From NCBI GenBank assembly GCA_002269645.1, contig NIVC01004551.1, positions 1 to 42,236 of the forward strand: a stretch of 42,236 nt of DNA, written 5' to 3'. Source of the DNA: Macrostomum lignano. Its lineage: Eukaryota. Positions 37,393 to 42,236 of this stretch are shown piece by piece. Under the pieces are notes generated by a model. It searched no databases and was not told the DNA's origin. It was given only the letters and a program-made list of their open reading frames with translations. The position numbers and the translations under genes were made by a program. Each line of letters starts with the position of its first letter. Position 1 is the first letter of the stretch.

Positions 37393-38178
37393 GTGAGGGT
37401 CACATTGCACAGTCACACGAGGGTCACATTGCACAATGCACAGCCACATAAGGGTCACTTTGCACAGTCACATGAGGGTCACATCTCAGTCACATGAGGG
37501 TCACATCTCAGTCACATCAGGGTCACATTGCACAGTCACATCAGGGTCACATTGCACAGTCACATGAGGGTCACATTGCACAGTCACATGAGGGTCACAT
37601 TGCACAGTCACATGAGGGTCACATTGCACAGTCATATGAGGGTCACATTGCACAGTCACATGAGGGTCACATCTCACAGTCACATGAGGGTCACATTGCA
37701 CAGTCACATCAGGGTCACATTGCACAGTCACATGAGGGTCACATTGCACAGTCACATCAGGGTCACATTGCACAGTCACATCAGGGTCACATTGCACAGT
37801 CACATGAGGGTCACATTGCACAGTCACATGAGGGTCACATTGCACAGTCACATCAGGGTCACATTGCACAGTCACATGAGGGTCACATTGCACAGTCACA
37901 TGAGGGTCACATTGCACAGTCACATGAGGGTCACATTGCACAGTCATATGAGGGTCACATTGCACAGTCACATGAGGGTCACATCTCACAGTCACATGAG
38001 GGTCACATTGCACAGTCACATCAGGGTCACATTGCACAGTCACATGAGGGTCACATTGCACAGTCACATCAGGGTCACATTGCACAGTCACATCAGGGTC
38101 ACATTGCACAGTCACATGAGGGTCACATTGCACAGTCACATGAGGGTCACATTGCACAGTCACATGAGGGTCACATTG
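37393..38178. repeat. 24-bp minisatellite (GAGGGTCACATTGCACAGTCACAT), ~32 copies, between RARS2 and NEK2
   Basis: Period 24, with two related 12-bp halves. Confidence 0.97.
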
Positions 38179-38316
38179 CTGATCGCCTCAGTTACTCATG
38201 CGCTCTCATTGCTGAGATTCTATCTGATAAATCGGAACTTTCTATACTATTCCAGTCGCAGCAGCAGCCACCTCAGTTGATCTCGACTGCTGCTGAAGAG
38301 CGTCAGCAACAGTCCA

Positions 38317-40982
38317 ATGAGGATTCGACAGCAGCCCCCGCCGCCGCTGCCCAACCGGCGGTCATTCAGCTTCGGGCGGCGCTATGGGGGCCGACACTCT
38401 TCGTCGACACGCAGTCGCGGCTCGAATGCTTCGCAGGGCCCAGCGTCAGGCAGCGGCGGCGGCGTCGGCGTCGGCAGCGGCAACGGCAGCGCCCTGGCCG
38501 ACTACGAGGTCGTCGAAGTGATCGGGCGGGGCAGCTCGGGTGTGGTGAAAAAAGTCCGCCGCTTAAGAGACGGCGCCAGCTTTGCTTGGAAAGAGATCGA
38601 CTTTGGCGACATGTGCGACGTCAGGAAACAGATGCTGCTGACCGAGATTAACCTGATAATCCAGCTGCGGCACTGCAATATCGTGCGCTGCTATAACTAT
38701 ATAATTGATCGGGAGGCGAAGCGGGCCTACATTATCATGGAGTACTGCCCCAATGGCGATCTGGCTGCGCTTATTAAACAGCATAGGAGAGACAAGTGAG
38801 CTGTGATTTAGATTTTCTAAGTGCGCTCACACAGGGCAATGAATTCATTTAGCAAGTGTCACATTTGCCTCCTTCCTCCCTACACAGAAAGTACATCCCT
38901 GAAGATGACATCCTTCGCTGGCTTTCACAGCTCGCTCTGGCTCTACGCTGCTGCCACTGTCGCCAAGGTGTCAAAGCGGTGCTGCACCGGGACCTGAAGC
39001 CGGCCAATTGTTTCCTAGATGCCGGTCGAAGCATCAAACTTGGCGACTTCGGCCTCGCCAGAGTACTGGCCGGAGATGCCAGCTTTGCTAGCACCTACCT
39101 GGGCACTCCCTACTATATGAGTCCGGAGCAGGTGTGAATCGGGGAAATTTTCGTACTAACTATGCTTAAGATCAGAAGTACTTTTGTCCGACAAAGATTA
39201 GTTTGCGCTTTTTAAAAACATCACTGTAAAGTACTCATGTACCCTAAAAGTACTCTTGCACTGTAAAGTACTCATGTAGCCTAAAAGTAATCTTGCACTG
39301 TAAAGTACTCATGTACCCTAAAAGTACTCTTGCACTGTAAAGTACTGATGTACCCTAAAAGTACTCTTGCACTGGAAAGCACTCATGTACTGTAAAGTAC
39401 TCTTGTACCCTATAAGTTCTCCCGTACTGTAAAAGTGCGTTTCTTCTTTGTGTCCCTTTGTGCCTGTGGGTATCCAAATTTTTATATATACGCTATATTT
39501 GAGCTATAAAAGTACATTTCTCCCGTATTATTTACTCTTTTATACCTTTTTAGAAACAAAATAAACCCAGACTCACCCTGCCGCCTCACCCGCAGGTGAA
39601 ACTGTGCGGCTACACTGAAAAATCGGACATGTGGGCCCTTGGCGTGGTCGCTTACGAGCTGGCCTGTTTAAGGCCTCCATTTAATGGGTCCACTCACGAC
39701 CAGTTAGTGGCGGCTATTTTATCTGGCAGCTATCGCCCCTTGCCAGATGTTTACGGAGAGGTGAGAGCCGTCTGCACTTTATTTTTAGTCTACTACTTAA
39801 ATTTATTAATGCTACCACTATGTTTTCTCTGTGCTCCTGCTGTCTTCTAAGATCCTATAGTTTATTCTGGGACCAGATCCATTGTACTTTGAATTATCCC
39901 ATTGCGTCCTGAATTATCCCGCTGCTTCCTGAATTATCCCCATTGTGTCCTGAGTTATCCCATTGTACCCTGAATTATCCCCTTGTACCCTGAATTATCC
40001 CATTGTACCCTGAATTATCCCCTTGTACCCTGAATTATCCCATTGTGTTCTAAATTATCCCTGTGTCCTGAATTATCCCATTGTGCCCTGAATTATCTCA
40101 TTGTGTTCTAAATTATTCCTATGTGTCCTGAATTATCGCATTGTACCCTGAATTATACTATTGTTCTGAAATATCCCATTGTGTTCTATGATATTCCATC
40201 AACATGACACTTTTTCGCATCACCTCCATCGCTCACAGCCTCTCCGCTCCATCATCGCCGACCTGCTGCAGCCGGACCCGGACAGACGCATCTCCGTTGA
40301 GCAGCTGCTCGACCGGCCTTCAATTCGCGACCGCCTGCCGCCCGATGAGCTGCCGGAGCCCAGCCTGCGCCGCTGGCTGACGAGCAGCGCCGGCTGGCTG
40401 ACAGCCTTGGCCGGCTTCGCGGCTGTTGAAGTCGCGCGAACGAGAGCTGGACGCTCGCGCAGCCGCAGCTGACGAGCGCGAGGCTCGGCTGGCCAAGCGC
40501 GAGGCCGAGGTAGCCAGGCGGGAGGCGCGCGCCAGACTGCTTAACGACCGACTGCGGACTAGCACCTCTGACCGACTTGAGTATTGTAAGCTTGGTTTGA
40601 GCACACTGTCAGATCCAGTTTGAGCACACTGTCAGATCCAGTTTGAGCACACTGTCAGATCCAGTTTGAGCACACTGTCAGATCCAGTTTGAGCACACTT
40701 ATGATCTTCTGCATCAACTCTCTCCAGGTGGACTCAAGCGACAAGGAGAACAACTTCAGTTTGGGAGTCGCCTCGTGCGCCGACTCAAACTCGACTGCTT
40801 CAGCTGCCGCATTTGTCTCAGCATCCTATGCTGCATCTGCATCCGCGTCGCCCGTGGCTCCAGTACACGATGAAGGCGTTGGTGACGCCTGCGGCTGCGT
40901 TGACGAGAAGGAAGAGCCGCCGCCTCAGTTGCACCGGCCTGTGCCGCGGCCGAGACGAACCTTGCAGAGGGAAGCCAACTAG
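38317..40982 (+). CDS. NEK2: NEK2-like NIMA-family kinase; exons 38317-38795, 38888-39131, 39596-39760, 40239-~40585, 40728-40982; frame breaks in exon 4 as assembled
   Basis: DYEVVEVIGRGSSG, WKEIDFGDM, KQMLLTEIN, MEYCPNGDL, VLHRDLKPAN, KLGDFGLAR, GTPYYMSPE, EKSDMW closely track NEK2; downstream E/R coiled coil and KEN box. Kinase exons are in phase; 3' part needs frameshifts; start uncertain. Confidence 0.88.
39222..39435. repeat. 37-bp repeat (18+19 dimer, CTGTAAAGTACTCATGTACCCTAAAAGTACTCTTGCA), NEK2 intron 2
   Basis: Period 37 (39261 to 39298). Confidence 0.88.
39885..40180. repeat. 20-bp minisatellite (CCCTGAATTATCCCATTGTA), NEK2 intron 3
   Basis: Period 20. Confidence 0.9.
40599..40699. 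repeat. 23-bp minisatellite (TTTGAGCACACTGTCAGATCCAG), ~4 copies, NEK2 intron 4
   Basis: Period 23. Confidence 0.92.
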
Positions 40983-41149
40983 TCACTGGCCTAACTGGCT
41001 TTTATGATATAGTTGCCTGGCTTAGTAAATCTTGTTTTGCATTGTTGTGTCGCATTTTTTTATTCGATTTTATTAATATTATTATTGTTACTGACCTGCT
41101 GACTGGGTCTCTGTGGGTCATGGCTGCGTAATTAGCTTCCAATTTCATC

Positions 41150-41518
41150 TTGCCTGTTTGTCTGTCTGTCTGTCTGTCTGCCTGTCTTAGTGTCTGTCTG
41201 TCTGTCTGTCTGTCTGCCTGTCTTAGTGTCTGTCTGTCTGTCTGTCTGTCTGCCTGTCTTAGTGTCTGTCTGTCTGTCTGTCTGTCTGCCTGTCTTAGTG
41301 TCTGTCTGTCTGTCTGTCTGTCTGCCTGTCTTAGTGTCTGTCTGTCTGTCTGTCTGTCTGCCTGTCTTAGTGTCTGTCTGTCTGTCTGTCTGTCTGCCTG
41401 TCTTAGTGTCTGTCTGTCTGTCTGTCTGTCTGCCTGTCTTAGTGTCTGTCTGTCTGTCTGTCTGTCTGCCTGTCTTAGTGTCTGTCTGTCTGTCTGTCTT
41501 AGTGTTTGTCTGTCTGTC

Positions 41519-41565
<47 letters not shown>

Positions 41566-41604
41566 TAGTGTCTGTCTGTCTGTCTGTCTGTCTGCCTGTC
41601 TTAG

Positions 41605-41649
<45 letters not shown>

Positions 41650-41685
41650 GCCTGTCTTTAGTGTCTGTCTGTCTGTCTGTCTTAG

Positions 41686-41756
<71 letters not shown>

Positions 41757-41769
41757 CTGCCTGTCTTAG

Positions 41770-41826
<57 letters not shown>

Positions 41827-41860
41827 GCCTGTCTTAGTGTCTGTCTGTCTGTCTGTCTAC

Positions 41861-41892
<32 letters not shown>

Positions 41893-41997
41893 CTGCCTGT
41901 CTTAGTGTCTGTCTGTCTGTCTGTCTACCTGTCTGTCTGTCTGTCTGCCTGTCTTAGTGTCTGTCTGTCTGCCTGTCTTAGTGTCTTAGTGTCTTAG

Positions 41998-42030
<33 letters not shown>

Positions 42031-42109
42031 GCCTGTCTGTCTGCCTGTCTTAGTGTCTGTCTGTCTGTCTGTCTACCTGTCTTAGTGTCTGTCTGTCTGC
42101 CTGTCTTAG

Positions 42110-42147
<38 letters not shown>

Positions 42148-42148
42148 C
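41150..42148. repeat. (TCTG)n array with CCTGTCTTAGTG interruptions, 36-bp higher-order period at its 5' end
   Basis: CCTGTCTTAG at 41181, 41217, 41253. Confidence 0.97.
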
Positions 42149-42236
42149 CTACAATTGCGAAGTATTTCTCAAATGTGAACAGTCATTGTACGATACATGT
42201 ATAATATTATTCTAACTATTGTAAATACTTAGTGAT

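Noticed and set aside
37494-38651. 385-aa His-rich ORF (SHEGHIAQ)n overlapping NEK2
   Set aside because: Arises from a 24-bp repeat that is open in several frames; overlaps the kinase in a shifted frame; no expression evidence.

Overview
Repeat-rich eukaryotic (animal) genomic DNA, not prokaryotic. GC/CpG-rich exons, GT-AG introns packed with minisatellites and the gene set suggest an invertebrate, plausibly a free-living flatworm such as Macrostomum (inference only). Three spliced plus-strand genes can be rebuilt from splice sites and family motifs. (1) An 8-exon diacylglycerol-lipase-alpha-like gene (13016-30854, ~1138 aa) whose nucleophile motif reads GHGVG instead of GHSLG and whose RGT motif is also lost, i.e. 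a candidate pseudoenzyme; it has one GC-AG intron. (2) A 4-exon mitochondrial-type arginyl-tRNA synthetase (33548-37158, ~521 aa) with a very short N-terminus. (3) A 5-exon NEK2-like kinase (38317-40982) with frame breaks after the kinase domain. A minus-strand coiled-coil gene leaves the window at the left edge. About twenty different tandem arrays (units 2-44 bp) explain nearly all long ORFs in the track. Also present: a CORE-type tRNA-derived SINE with TSD, two small TIR elements, a probable LINE relic and a sharply bounded CpG desert (~3.8-7.9 kb). Top leads: the dead DAGL, the CpG desert, one private minisatellite per intron (two distant arrays share conserved boxes), and a possible RARS2-NEK2 operon.
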